A stretch of 64,000 nt of DNA from a virus, in the IMG/VR virus record IMGVR_UViG_3300018875_000003, positions 1 to 64,000 of that record; one strand, written 5' to 3'. The stretch's first letter is position 1. Every line of letters begins with the position of its first letter. The notes beneath the pieces were generated by a model, which made no database searches, had not been told where the DNA came from, and saw nothing but the letters and a program-made list of their open reading frames with translations. Position numbers and translations under genes: made by a program. Shown here one piece after another: positions 30,466 to 41,067 of this stretch.

Positions 30466-31353
30466 TTAGTTCTTCTCTGAAACGATATACACCGTATCTG
30501 CCGAGATACTGTCCGGATTTACATCCTCGCTAAACTCGATGACGATTCTGGAGATATCCTTAACCATCAGCGTGCCGTCTTTTGGCTTCAGCTTCATAGT
30601 CAGTGGTTTTACTTCATTATCGATCTCGTTTTGGAAGAAATCCTTTAGGGTGTCGATTTCAGCCGGTTTTGTGGCTTCCCCTTCCACGACCGGGCTGTTC
30701 TTCACTTCCGGCTCCACCTCATCGGTGCCGTTGTAGTAATAGCGAATCGGATCAGAATAGGCGCTCTTGATGCCCTGAATATTTACAGCTCTAATCCGTG
30801 CGTAATACGTTACACCTTTGCGATAGTCAATGTCTGGCGTAACCTGTGTCTCAAAGACGAGGGCCGTATTCTCCTGTGGCCAGACCAATACGTCGAAGGT
30901 GTTGCTTCTGGAAATCTCCAGCTCGTAATGATCCGCCTTTTCGACAGGCAGCCAGGTGAACTTCACATCGCCGGTAATCTCAGACAGATCGGTCGGACTT
31001 GTGAGCATTGGTCTTGCCATCCGAGTTTCATTGCCCGTGAAGAACTCGAATTTGTAGCTTTGTAGAAGCGGCCGCTCGGTGATATCCCGAATGCAGCCGT
31101 CTGCCCCGCCGACCAGCTCCACCTGATAATGCGTAAGCGGTGCGAGTCTTCTGGCCGGCAGGATTTTCAGCAGCTTGTCTTTATACTCGACAGCAATCTC
31201 TTCGCCCTGCTGCGTATTCAAGTTCAGCAGCATGACGTTTTTGGTGTTTATGGATTCAGTCAGAATATCAAATAGAAATCTGACTTCGATGTCTGTGTCC
31301 AGATCCACTTTCTGGCTCAAGTGAACCGGCAGGCTTTTGAGAACTAGACTCAT
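30466..31353 (-). CDS. Ig-like / FN3 domain virion protein
   Basis: IEVRF...SbsA-like Ig pattern; FTWLPVEKADHYELEIS...YYARIRAVN FN3 pattern. Confidence 0.55.
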   Translation of the reverse strand: MSLVLKSLPVHLSQKVDLDTDIEVRFLFDILTESINTKNVMLLNLNTQQGEEIAVEYKDKLLKILPARRLAPLTHYQVELVGGADGCIRDITERPLLQSYKFEFFTGNETRMARPMLTSPTDLSEITGDVKFTWLPVEKADHYELEISRSNTFDVLVWPQENTALVFETQVTPDIDYRKGVTYYARIRAVNIQGIKSAYSDPIRYYYNGTDEVEPEVKNSPVVEGEATKPAEIDTLKDFFQNEIDNEVKPLTMKLKPKDGTLMVKDISRIVIEFSEDVNPDSISADTVYIVSEKN

Positions 31354-31661
31354 GGTACGACCACCATCATTTTGTAATCGACCAGAATCGTAGATTTGGC
31401 AGGAGGCGCTTCGGTAAAGGTGATTTCCTTCCCGTTCACGACATAATCGTAATCCACTCCCCGCCGAAGTCTCATACCGTCGCGGAAAACTTTATAAGAG
31501 TTCTTAATAGGATCATTCGCCAGCATGAAGATCTTATTGACGCCATCTTTGACACCGAAAGGCTCTTCGCCATCGATATCGTTGGCTCCGCTGAAATCCG
31601 GCATTTGACCGATCTTGAGCCGGTATTTGGGATACGTCGGGTGCTTTGTTACGTGAGCCAT
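31350..31661 (-). CDS. Small virion protein (single Ig-like module)
   Basis: GVKDGVNKIF...VFRDGMRL..GVDY...ITFTEAP. Confidence 0.5.
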   Translation of the reverse strand: MAHVTKHPTYPKYRLKIGQMPDFSGANDIDGEEPFGVKDGVNKIFMLANDPIKNSYKVFRDGMRLRRGVDYDYVVNGKEITFTEAPPAKSTILVDYKMMVVVP

Positions 31662-31673
31662 GCTTCCCCCTCC

Positions 31674-32186
31674 TTACTTCCACATCAGACAGTAATCATA
31701 CACAGCCGGCCGAACCGTACCGGTATACTTACAATCGATTTTGATTTGTATAAACTTCGATGGTGTGGCCAGATATACGGCGTTGTCTGTTGAAATCTTC
31801 CTCCAAGCGGAACTTGTGTTTACGCGGTAGAAGTATTCCACGGACGCGCCATTTGCTGTGTCCACTTCCTGGTTGGCGAGCAGATATAATTCGTCTGTTG
31901 TTGCTGGTAGCTCATGGAGCACAGAGACCCACGAGTCTGCCTTGATGGAGTTGGTTAACGTGTCCAGTACGGCAGTACTCGATGGGTCTTTGTACGTCTC
32001 ATCCACAAACGGCTCTGCAAAGTAGAGCTTATATGGAGAGCACAGCAACAGCATGTCATATCGCTCGTACATGGTTTTCAGCTTGATCGCTTCCGAGATA
32101 TTCTTCTGCATCGTGTTCAGATGGAAATCGTGCAGAACTTGTCCATCCAGGAAGGCGATCCGCTTCATGTAGTTGGGTGTAGCCAT
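31674..32186 (-). CDS. Putative virion structural protein
   Basis: ORF with RBS within the structural operon. Confidence 0.45.
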   Translation of the reverse strand: MATPNYMKRIAFLDGQVLHDFHLNTMQKNISEAIKLKTMYERYDMLLLCSPYKLYFAEPFVDETYKDPSSTAVLDTLTNSIKADSWVSVLHELPATTDELYLLANQEVDTANGASVEYFYRVNTSSAWRKISTDNAVYLATPSKFIQIKIDCKYTGTVRPAVYDYCLMWK

Positions 32187-32203
32187 GCTGTCACCGCCCT
32201 ATC

Positions 32204-33952
32204 TTAGATTGTCATTGCCCAAGTTACGCGCATGCCTGTGCTGGCATCCTTCGTTACAGGACCGATACCGGAGATGTTGGACATCTTTCCGTCTTCCTGC
32301 TCAGCGAACATACCCACTTGATAGATAACATGTGTCGATTCGCTGTACTGATACTTCGCAGTCACACTGTCTGTGTCCTGAAGCGTCACTTTGAATGTGA
32401 TCTGCTTGCCGTCTGCGGAAACTTCGTATCCTGTGCCTTCTACCTGCAGCACACCGTTCAGCGTAACTTCCAGGATGAATTTGCCGTTTGCATCTTTCAC
32501 AGCTGCTTTAGCCAGTGCGTAAGTTGTTACAGCCGCGGAGATGTTCAGGGTTTCTGTTTTCTCCACGTTCATTGGACCCGGCACGCCTTTCGGGAAGTCT
32601 GCTACAAACTGCACAGCCGTTCCGCTGTTGACGCGATATTCGAAAGTCAGCAGACCTGGTGTTTCCACCACTGGCGGCTTCTTCGATGGATCGAGCGGAT
32701 CAACACCAACTGGAGCTGCGCTGAATTGAACAATACCCTTGGCAGAGTTCATGATCCATACATCGCCCTGACCGAGCGAGAGACCTTTATCTACGATCTT
32801 GTATTCCTTGACGGTATTGTCTAGTGCCTGGTGACGAACAGCTACCAGCTCCATCAGAGGAGCATCTGCCATATCGAAAATCAGGTGACTGTTATCCAGC
32901 TGGTCTTGGAAGCGAACGTTCACTTTTTCACCGGCAGCGGGCGCAGTAGTAAATACCACGTTTGCAACGTCCTGCGTGAATGCTACGTCTGCAGCATTTG
33001 TATCCAGCTTGGCACTGAGGATTTTCAGTACTTTGTTTGTTGGATTCAGTGGGAATTTTGTTTGTGTGCCGTCACCGGTGACGGTTACTGTTTTTTCCGT
33101 GAAAGCGATCGGCTTCGTAGGGAAGACTTCGATTTCTGGATCACCTGTGCTGACTACGGATGGATATTGAATCATCTGGCGCGCGTCTTTAAACTCGCCT
33201 TCCATCTTGATTCTGATCTTGTCGGAATCCGAGAACTCAACCGGCTTGTTATCCGGATGACCTGCTGGCTTGCCGCCAAGACCCATGAAGCCCAGGGAGT
33301 AGAACAGCTTAAACTGGTAGTCTACCTGAACGTTCGTTTTCGCTTCAGCGAAGTATACCTTGCCCATCTTGTAGTCGATCGCATAATGCTTGTCTGCTTC
33401 CGAAGGAACGTCAGACAGCGTATAGGCTTGACCATTTACAGTCACGACTTCGGACCCTTCCGCGATTTCTGCATAGTCGCTTACGACCTTGCGGAACGTG
33501 ATGGATACGGTGTTTTTCGGTGCTACTGCAAATCGAACGGTTGCTGTGTCTGCATCTTTGATGGATACATCTTTATTCAGGACCAGATCCTGCCCATCAA
33601 CGCGAACAGATACGATTCTCAAGAGACGTGTGATTTCCGGAATGACAAGCTCAGTGCTTGTATTAGCGGAACCTACATCAGTCGTGTAGGTTCCTTCGGA
33701 TTCACAGGCATGCTTGAGATCAAATACATAAACGCCGTTTGCATTCGGAGTCAGCGTAGTGTCGCCTTTATCCGTGTGCTTTGCGCGAGTCTTGCCGGCA
33801 GGATCAGACATCATCTGTGCGATGATGTTGTTCAGACTGTGAACAGCGATATTCTTCTTCTCTTTTGTGAAGAAGACACCATCCTGATCGTTGTACATCT
33901 CCAGCTTAACGTGGCCCTTTGGATTCAGAGCGCTATGAAAGTCTCTTAACAT
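32204..33952 (-). CDS. Multi-Ig-like fibre/appendage protein (paralogue A)
   Basis: KGHVKLE N-terminus and TKDASTGMRVTW C-terminus shared with 33973-36030; repeated ITF..AP modules. Confidence 0.55.
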   Translation of the reverse strand: MLRDFHSALNPKGHVKLEMYNDQDGVFFTKEKKNIAVHSLNNIIAQMMSDPAGKTRAKHTDKGDTTLTPNANGVYVFDLKHACESEGTYTTDVGSANTSTELVIPEITRLLRIVSVRVDGQDLVLNKDVSIKDADTATVRFAVAPKNTVSITFRKVVSDYAEIAEGSEVVTVNGQAYTLSDVPSEADKHYAIDYKMGKVYFAEAKTNVQVDYQFKLFYSLGFMGLGGKPAGHPDNKPVEFSDSDKIRIKMEGEFKDARQMIQYPSVVSTGDPEIEVFPTKPIAFTEKTVTVTGDGTQTKFPLNPTNKVLKILSAKLDTNAADVAFTQDVANVVFTTAPAAGEKVNVRFQDQLDNSHLIFDMADAPLMELVAVRHQALDNTVKEYKIVDKGLSLGQGDVWIMNSAKGIVQFSAAPVGVDPLDPSKKPPVVETPGLLTFEYRVNSGTAVQFVADFPKGVPGPMNVEKTETLNISAAVTTYALAKAAVKDANGKFILEVTLNGVLQVEGTGYEVSADGKQITFKVTLQDTDSVTAKYQYSESTHVIYQVGMFAEQEDGKMSNISGIGPVTKDASTGMRVTWAMTI

Positions 33953-33972
33953 TGTCTGTTTCCCCCTATTTC

Positions 33973-36030
33973 TTAGAATCCACCTTTAAAGGCGTCTCCG
34001 TCTTTATTCAGCAGCTTGATTGTCCATGTGACGCGGATACCGGTTGTGATATCCTTGACGGTTTCGCCTGTACGAACCAGGGAGTAAGCATCAACTGGGA
34101 ATCCAGTGAATCCCTCTACCTTGTCGTCCGTGCGCGGGCCGTTAAAGAGTCCCATTTCGCGGATCGTTACATTGTAAGCAGGTACTTGCTCAGGGAACTC
34201 AGCGATGAAGCTAACGGTTCCTTTATCCAGCTGGTACCATGGGTAGGCGGTTCCTGCTTTTGGCTTTTCGATAACGGCGCGGTGATAGCCCGTAGCGAAG
34301 CCTGGCAGATCAGGAGTCGTAAACACGATCTCGTAGTTTACAACAGCAGACTTGTCTGCATTGCGGTCACTGATCACGATGGACTTTTTATCCGCAGACA
34401 GTTTGTACTTACCTGCGCCGAAGTCCTCATCGGAAGTAACAGCAGCAAATACCTCGCCGGTTTCTGCATTGGCTACGACAACCGTGTCCAGTGCATAAGC
34501 GGAAGTGTACGTCTTGGTGGCCGAAGTGTACTTGTAGTCAGCAGTGATCACTGCATCTTGAGCTGGAGCAGTTGTGAAGGTAATCACGCCTTTATCCTGC
34601 GTAAAGTTGCTTACTGCCGCGTCGTCTACTTTCAGCACCAGGGTTCCAGGAACCAGTGTCGTATGAGCCAGTGTGAACTTCACAGCGGTTGCATCGCCTT
34701 TGCCGACTGCTTCTGCCGTTACGGTTTTGGTTACATTTCCGCTTGTCAGAGCAGCTGCAGCTTTCAGGTCGTAGCGCTCTCCTGTAATGTCATACGTTAC
34801 GTGCAGTCCGCTCAGCGTTTTGCTGAATTGCAGCGTTCCGCGTTTTGCATCCAGCAGGTATTTGCCGTCAGCCAGGTCTGCTTCCTTATCAACACGCTGC
34901 AGCTCTGTGCCGTCATATTCGACAACCAGGCTTTCCGGAACGATTGGGAAGTGTTCCAGCTGCGCCAGATACGGAGGAACGGTAGTCGTGCTGTACGCGG
35001 TCACGGTCTGGAAGGACTTCGTGAAGTTCTCGAACTCGTGAGCCAGTGTGTTCATCGAAGTCGTCAGACCATCAGAACGAAGACCTGTAATCACGATGTT
35101 CTCGCCAGTTGTGATCGAAGGATCTTTACCGGAGAACCGCAGCTCGACTTCATGAGAGGCTTCACGGTCAAGACCAGTGATAACCTTCTGTGCTGCTTCT
35201 GGGGCTGACAGAGCGGAATCATACGTCTCGATCGTCTCTTTCAGAGTGCCATCGACGTAAATGCCAATTTGACCACCCGTGTTGGACTTCTCGTACTGAA
35301 TAACGAGCCGGCTAAGCTTCTCAGTGAGCTTTAGGGATGCGTTCAGCGTATCAGCCGTCGCTTTACCGCCTGCTACATCAAAGCCGCCTGCAAGGGCAAT
35401 GCGTGCGTCTGTGAGGTCGATCGCACGGTCCAAACCATCACCGAGTCCGATGAACATGTTTGTCTGGGAGCTGTAGATTTCAGAAGTAATTGCAATCGAT
35501 CCAGCGACGGGCTTCGTCGAGATGCTGAATGCTTTCTTCCCTACCTGATCCGAGGTTTCTTCTTTCAGATATACCGTGATTGGACGATAGCTGAATGTGA
35601 TTTTGAACTGGCTGTCATCGACAGCTTTCCAGAACACATTCGGTGCGAAGTTCAATTGATCAACGCCATCCACAACTGCCGAGATGTTGCCATTCAGTCC
35701 GATGTGGAATTTCTTCGTTACCCCGGTTGCATCTTTCGGTACGCGGTTTTTATACAGAGTGCGATCCGGATCGCCGGAGAATGCACGCAGCATAATTTCT
35801 TCCGCACCATCTACGACCAAGTTGGGTTGGTCAGCCAGAACGCCAAGGCTGTTGCCAGCTTCGTCAATGCGCTCAATAGTAATGTGACCTTTGGCTGCAA
35901 ACTCGAACGTGTCGTTCAGCCCGCTGCCTGCTTGAGGAGCCGAAGCCGATTGATACTTTTTCATCAGCTTTTCTTTGTTCGGGCCATCCGGCAGCTTGCT
36001 CAGCAATTTACCGATTGCTTTCAAATTCAT
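33973..36030 (-). CDS. Multi-Ig-like fibre/appendage protein (paralogue B)
   Basis: KGHITIE...NLVVDG N-terminus and VKDITTGIRVTW C-terminus. Confidence 0.55.
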   Translation of the reverse strand: MNLKAIGKLLSKLPDGPNKEKLMKKYQSASAPQAGSGLNDTFEFAAKGHITIERIDEAGNSLGVLADQPNLVVDGAEEIMLRAFSGDPDRTLYKNRVPKDATGVTKKFHIGLNGNISAVVDGVDQLNFAPNVFWKAVDDSQFKITFSYRPITVYLKEETSDQVGKKAFSISTKPVAGSIAITSEIYSSQTNMFIGLGDGLDRAIDLTDARIALAGGFDVAGGKATADTLNASLKLTEKLSRLVIQYEKSNTGGQIGIYVDGTLKETIETYDSALSAPEAAQKVITGLDREASHEVELRFSGKDPSITTGENIVITGLRSDGLTTSMNTLAHEFENFTKSFQTVTAYSTTTVPPYLAQLEHFPIVPESLVVEYDGTELQRVDKEADLADGKYLLDAKRGTLQFSKTLSGLHVTYDITGERYDLKAAAALTSGNVTKTVTAEAVGKGDATAVKFTLAHTTLVPGTLVLKVDDAAVSNFTQDKGVITFTTAPAQDAVITADYKYTSATKTYTSAYALDTVVVANAETGEVFAAVTSDEDFGAGKYKLSADKKSIVISDRNADKSAVVNYEIVFTTPDLPGFATGYHRAVIEKPKAGTAYPWYQLDKGTVSFIAEFPEQVPAYNVTIREMGLFNGPRTDDKVEGFTGFPVDAYSLVRTGETVKDITTGIRVTWTIKLLNKDGDAFKGGF

Positions 36031-38096
36031 TATGAGTCCACTCCTTTAAGGGTATTGACGCCAAGTACAAACTCACCGAGCGGCCATCCTTGATCAAAGT
36101 CATTGCCCAGCGCATACTGCACCTTCTCTTTGCCGCTAATCGTGAGTCGATCGGACAACTCAGGCAGGATATTCTGGGTTTTGAGGTCTCTCGGAAGGAT
36201 TTTGCTCTGATCGCTGATATTTGGCATGTATACCGGGTAAAAGCCGACTGTCGGATTCAGTGAAACCACTTCATCCATCTTGCCGTCAATATCTGCCCGG
36301 ATTTTTGTATCATCATGGATCAGGACATTGTAGTACTCCAGCAGCCTGTGCTGGTAGTTTGCAATGATCTGATGCGTGAATCCGATGCTCATGTGTGTCT
36401 GCTCACTTATTTCTGCAGAAAGTCCGGCAGACGATGCTATCGATTCTCCAAACAGGGCATCCATCGATTCTGCCACGCGATTAAACAGATTTTCAGTCAT
36501 CGCGTGCGACTCGTTCAGGCTTACACCCATTACATCCACAGCGCTCAGTAGAGGCGCCTGACGGGCTTCTACAGCGTCCGCCATGCCAACTGCCCATTCC
36601 TCTGAATAGGCGGTCTTAATCGCCGTATAGCCGCTGTGAATCCGTTCTCCCATGCCTGCAAAATAGCTGAACACATCGGTCATTTCGTAATCAACGATGA
36701 TGTGAGCTTTTTCCTGGACGCGGTAGATGAGCTTATCCAGTAGTGTGACAAAATAGTCGTCGATATGCGGCAGCAGGTCGCCACCGATCAATTCCTTAAT
36801 AATGTCTTTTACAATAATGTATTGCGTTACATTATCATCCTCGTAGAGGTCGTACTGGACGATACCCGCTGGTCTGCTCTTATTCAGGTCAGATCCATCA
36901 TGGAGGTTATGCTGGACGATGGATTGCATCTGGTCGATCGCCAGATAAGGGAAGATCGCATCCTGGACGAATAACCGCAGCAGCATCAGCAGCTCTTCGG
37001 CCGGCTCGGCAACGAGCGCTTCCAGGACTTCTGTTTTAAAGTAGCGAAGTTCGGTCTTTGTGGACTCCAGATGGACGTAATCCACCTGTTCCTGCAATGC
37101 AGGTTCTAACAATAATTGTACTGCACTGCTTGTCGCAATCACAAAGTCGTCTTGAGGCATCAGATCATAGGATGCCTTCAATATCTCACTCTTTATATCG
37201 AAATCAATGGTTCCATCTAAATAAATCGCTTGATTTTCCCCGTTTTCTACGAAGACTTCGATAGTGGACTTCTTTACGATCCGATCGAGTGAATCTTCCA
37301 GGAAAACTTCGAGGATCATCGTCATCATATCGGTTGTCCGGTTGCGATAGTTATCCGCCACCCGGTACAGCTTCATAATCTCAGAAAACTCTTTCTGGGA
37401 TGACATGAAGCTTTCTTTGAACTCATGTCCGAGTTCTTTGCCGATCATCTGGAACAATTCGGTGAGAACGGCAGTCACCTGCTCATTCACCTCGGAAGTT
37501 CCGCCCTTCCCGATTTCAATCTGCTCTTCTCCGGCCATCGTAGCCTCTTCCGCCTGATCAATCAGGTGGTCATAGCGAATACGGTCTTTTCGGAGTGTAG
37601 CCTGCAGAGCATCTTCTGTAATCAGGGAGATCAAGCTTTCGATCTCTCCTTCCCGGACCATCGTCATGATGTCCAGAAGATCATAGAGCATTTCATAGAC
37701 CAGCAATTCGTTCTGGTCGTCTTTCAGATCGGAGTAGACCCAATCGCTTCGATAGCCGACATCGGATATTCCTCTGATTCGGTACTGATTCAGCCGCCTG
37801 ATCTCGCCTGGCTGCGGCCCATTGCCGAGTGTTAACCAGTAGGATTCGGATACCTCATCCTGTGGCGTATCGAGAACAGCTTTGATTCGAAATATAGCGC
37901 CGTCTACGTTGTTTGCTGGGATACCGGTATCAACGTACTTTTGTGTCACTGCCGATTTGGTCTCACCTTCCGCAGAAATAACGCGAAGGCGATAGACACC
38001 TTCGCTTCCTGGGAATGATACCTGTTTGAAAATCCGTTCTTTCAGCGGATTCTTGGAATCAGCAGTGAAAGGCATGACACTCATTTCTTCATTCAT
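36030..38096 (-). CDS. Acidic 688-aa protein, probably virion-associated
   Basis: Long ORF in the structural operon; no motif recognised. Confidence 0.45.
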   Translation of the reverse strand: MNEEMSVMPFTADSKNPLKERIFKQVSFPGSEGVYRLRVISAEGETKSAVTQKYVDTGIPANNVDGAIFRIKAVLDTPQDEVSESYWLTLGNGPQPGEIRRLNQYRIRGISDVGYRSDWVYSDLKDDQNELLVYEMLYDLLDIMTMVREGEIESLISLITEDALQATLRKDRIRYDHLIDQAEEATMAGEEQIEIGKGGTSEVNEQVTAVLTELFQMIGKELGHEFKESFMSSQKEFSEIMKLYRVADNYRNRTTDMMTMILEVFLEDSLDRIVKKSTIEVFVENGENQAIYLDGTIDFDIKSEILKASYDLMPQDDFVIATSSAVQLLLEPALQEQVDYVHLESTKTELRYFKTEVLEALVAEPAEELLMLLRLFVQDAIFPYLAIDQMQSIVQHNLHDGSDLNKSRPAGIVQYDLYEDDNVTQYIIVKDIIKELIGGDLLPHIDDYFVTLLDKLIYRVQEKAHIIVDYEMTDVFSYFAGMGERIHSGYTAIKTAYSEEWAVGMADAVEARQAPLLSAVDVMGVSLNESHAMTENLFNRVAESMDALFGESIASSAGLSAEISEQTHMSIGFTHQIIANYQHRLLEYYNVLIHDDTKIRADIDGKMDEVVSLNPTVGFYPVYMPNISDQSKILPRDLKTQNILPELSDRLTISGKEKVQYALGNDFDQGWPLGEFVLGVNTLKGVDS

Positions 38097-38121
38097 GATG
38101 GTCCCTGCCTTTCACGCTATA

Positions 38122-38622
38122 TTATTCTTCTGTTTTTGCTGCTGCTTTCGCAGTTGTGCGTTTTGTGGTGGTTTTTGCCGGAGCTGGCTCTGCTTTTGCT
38201 TCTTCGGCAGCTGTATCTTCTGCTTTCAGCGTAACGACTTCAGCTTCGCCCACTTCTTTCGCATTCGGCATATCTGCATTACCTGCAGCCAGCTGATCAG
38301 CACGATCGGCAGCCATCGATGGCACCGGCTGAATCACTTTGCCTTCATGGTTTCTGCGGAACTCCGCGGTATTGGTGTTGAAAATCTTCGTGAATTTATC
38401 TTTCCATGCTTCAATCTCGGAAGCTGGAAGATTCCCCTCATATAACACCAACGCTGGCGTCTTACACAACACAGCGTGAACGATATTTTTCATCGTCTCA
38501 GGCTTGGTCTCGTCATACTCAAATGACCGTGTAGGATTAGCCAGCGTAAGGTAAGTGTTAGTGAGGGGATCAAAATAGCCGTGTTTACGTGGAGCCAAGC
38601 CCACGGTAACTTTTGTCGCCAT
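38122..38622 (-). CDS. Hypothetical protein downstream of the capsid gene
   Basis: GGAGG RBS; A/K/T-rich disordered tail. Confidence 0.5.
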   Translation of the reverse strand: MATKVTVGLAPRKHGYFDPLTNTYLTLANPTRSFEYDETKPETMKNIVHAVLCKTPALVLYEGNLPASEIEAWKDKFTKIFNTNTAEFRRNHEGKVIQPVPSMAADRADQLAAGNADMPNAKEVGEAEVVTLKAEDTAAEEAKAEPAPAKTTTKRTTAKAAAKTEE

Positions 38623-38648
38623 TTATGATCCCTCCAAAGTTTTGTTTT

Positions 38649-38671
38649 GTTTAATGCGTTATACCATACTC
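38649..38671 (-). promoter_or_regulatory. 23-bp motif right after the capsid stop codon (copy 2)
   Basis: GAGTATGGTATAACGCATTAAAC. Confidence 0.6.
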
Positions 38672-38675
38672 GCCA

Positions 38676-39761
38676 TTAGGAAACGACGCGGATAGTTTGT
38701 GGAGCTGGGTAGGAGCGCTCGAATGCCAGGTTGCGGGCAGTTGCTACTGCTTTACCTTCGTTCAGTACGCCGACACCATAACGTTCTTTGATTTTGATTG
38801 TTTGGATATCGCGCATTGGATCGTCGAATTGCTCAGTGGACAATGGATCTTTCACCAGCAAGATACCGATGTTGGACTTGTCTACCACGTACATGTCGAA
38901 TTTCTTCTGCTCGTAGTTGAACGGCGCGAACGGCGTGAAGTTCAGGTTGATGCTGAACGGGATACGTCCTTGTACGCTGTCTGGGTTGATTTGCAGGTTC
39001 GTGATTTGGGAACCGCCCAGTGCTGCGTGAGACAGGGAATCCATCAGGTCGTTTTTGAAGAACACGCTCCAAGTCAGTGGGTGCATGATGATGTCTGTCG
39101 GGTTAAAGCCGTTAGCCATTACCGAGATGAACAGGTCGATCATGTCCTCAGTACTCATTGTGTTATTCAGGTTGCCATCGATATCGCGACCAGTTGTACC
39201 CGCTTCGGTGTACTTCTGACGGATGTCGTTGTCGAACACCAGGTGTCCGTGCTTGGAGAACTGATTGAAGATTTTTTCTTCTTTCAGACGAGCCATTGCT
39301 TCGCCCGCTTTACGAACGAGAATACCGATTACGTCCCATTGGGAGTCGTTGATCATCTCATCAGTTACGCGGACCACCATACCGGATTTACCAACTTTGA
39401 CTTCTTGTGTGCGGTGCATTTGGAAGTCAACAGTTTCTTCCAGGTAGGATTGGCTTTCCCCGATATCGTGCGCACGCATTGCGCCGATAGACGGGAACTC
39501 GATGGAGCGGCCTTCTGTCAGACGAACCGTCTGCATCAGCTGGGAGCCCAGATACAGTGGCTCAGCTGCTTCGCGCATCATACCTGTGATGACGCGAGGG
39601 ATCAGGATGGAAGCATCCTGCGTGGACAGTGCTTCTTTTACGCCAACCAGTTCGGATTTCGGAATCTGTGTCCAATCCTCTTCCAGGTTAAGCTGACGCT
39701 GCATTCTCTCGTAGACTTTCATAGCCTCGGGTTTCAGTTGCATTTCGTTAAGATTAATCAT
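38676..39761 (-). CDS. Major capsid protein (HK97 fold)
   Basis: SILIPRVI...VKVGKSG...VTDEMINDSQWDVI...IIMHPLTW...IKERYGVGV; follows the protease and decoration genes. Confidence 0.85.
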   Translation of the reverse strand: MINLNEMQLKPEAMKVYERMQRQLNLEEDWTQIPKSELVGVKEALSTQDASILIPRVITGMMREAAEPLYLGSQLMQTVRLTEGRSIEFPSIGAMRAHDIGESQSYLEETVDFQMHRTQEVKVGKSGMVVRVTDEMINDSQWDVIGILVRKAGEAMARLKEEKIFNQFSKHGHLVFDNDIRQKYTEAGTTGRDIDGNLNNTMSTEDMIDLFISVMANGFNPTDIIMHPLTWSVFFKNDLMDSLSHAALGGSQITNLQINPDSVQGRIPFSINLNFTPFAPFNYEQKKFDMYVVDKSNIGILLVKDPLSTEQFDDPMRDIQTIKIKERYGVGVLNEGKAVATARNLAFERSYPAPQTIRVVS

Positions 39762-39792
39762 TAGTGGCTAGGCCCCTTTCCTTGAATACGGA

Positions 39793-41019
39793 TTATTTAT
39801 GAAGCAGGATGCGGACCGCACCGATCGAACCTTTGAAGTCCCAACCTGTTGGGATACCAGGAATCTGGCCAGTCGCTTTATACGTCGCAGTTACATTTTT
39901 CGGAGTTGTGCCAGCAGTGTTGTCCACTGTTACAACAACCAGACCGAGTTCAGCATTTACATAGTCAGGTGTGATTACTTGACCGTCGAATTTCACTTCG
40001 ATTGTGCCGGCTACAGCTGGCAGATGTTCCAGACGGAAGTCGTGGCGGCCGGATTGTCCAGGCTGGATTGTACCGATCACTTCGTCAGCGTAAGGAACTT
40101 CGATGTTGGCACCGTTGGTCAGGCCAGGGATACCTTGCGGCTTGTACTGACCTTTATCCCAGTTCGCATACGTTTTCTCGTATGGGTAGCCAGGGAAGCC
40201 ATCAGTTGCACCAATGTCTTCAGGACGGAAACCGGAGTTGTTAATCCATTTGTCATCTGTGCGCATGTCTTCTTGAGACCAGCCAACCCATTTCAACCAT
40301 CCTTGCGGCGGCATGTTGGTTTCAACAGCCCAGATCTGGCCGATAACCTGATCACGCATGATGCTTTCTTTTTCCATAAGAGCTTTCAGCTCATCCAGTG
40401 TAGTAGCAGCTTTGATCTGCTCACGGATTTGGTCGAAGTCAGCAACAATGATGCGTCCGTTCTCATCGGACATTACCAGGTCGCCGTTTTTCGCAGGGCG
40501 CGCAGGGTTAGCATCGTAGAAGGAACCCCAGTGGATTTCTTCAGCATCCGCTTTAACCGGGATGTAAGGCAGCTCGATGTAGATTTCGTTTTCGATGGTT
40601 GGCTGCATGCCGTTGAATCCATCGACGAACTCTTCATACAGGTTGCCGTAGGCTACGCCGATTGCCTTGTTGGCTTTACGCACATACGTAGAACCGTCTG
40701 TTTTGTGGACGTCGTTTACGTCTTTACCGCCGTTTGCCAGTGTCAGAACAGGCAGCAGTGTGTTGCTGTCAAAGTCCTTGATTACGCCATCTTGGGAAGC
40801 GCCGAAGCTGTCCGTTGCCGGTGCTACTGCACGACCTTTAGGGATGACCACCCAGCCATCGCCACCGAAATGATAGCGGAACAGGCGTTTAAGCCGTGGG
40901 TCGATTGCGAATTTCTCACCCGGAGAATCGTGAGTACCTGCCTGCAGCTTGGTATTCGTGCGGTTGTAGTTATCCGGGGTGTCTTTAATTGGGCCAGAGT
41001 TGCCAGAGAACAATGCCAT
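39793..41019 (-). CDS. Head decoration/cement-like protein
   Basis: Lies between the scaffold and the capsid gene; VVIPKGRAV motif and C-terminal Ig-like insert. Start set to ATG 41019 by RBS. Confidence 0.55.
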   Translation of the reverse strand: MALFSGNSGPIKDTPDNYNRTNTKLQAGTHDSPGEKFAIDPRLKRLFRYHFGGDGWVVIPKGRAVAPATDSFGASQDGVIKDFDSNTLLPVLTLANGGKDVNDVHKTDGSTYVRKANKAIGVAYGNLYEEFVDGFNGMQPTIENEIYIELPYIPVKADAEEIHWGSFYDANPARPAKNGDLVMSDENGRIIVADFDQIREQIKAATTLDELKALMEKESIMRDQVIGQIWAVETNMPPQGWLKWVGWSQEDMRTDDKWINNSGFRPEDIGATDGFPGYPYEKTYANWDKGQYKPQGIPGLTNGANIEVPYADEVIGTIQPGQSGRHDFRLEHLPAVAGTIEVKFDGQVITPDYVNAELGLVVVTVDNTAGTTPKNVTATYKATGQIPGIPTGWDFKGSIGAVRILLHK

Positions 41020-41067
41020 TGTGAATGTCACTCCTTAATTTGGTTTACTTGCCTTTATAGGCTTTTG

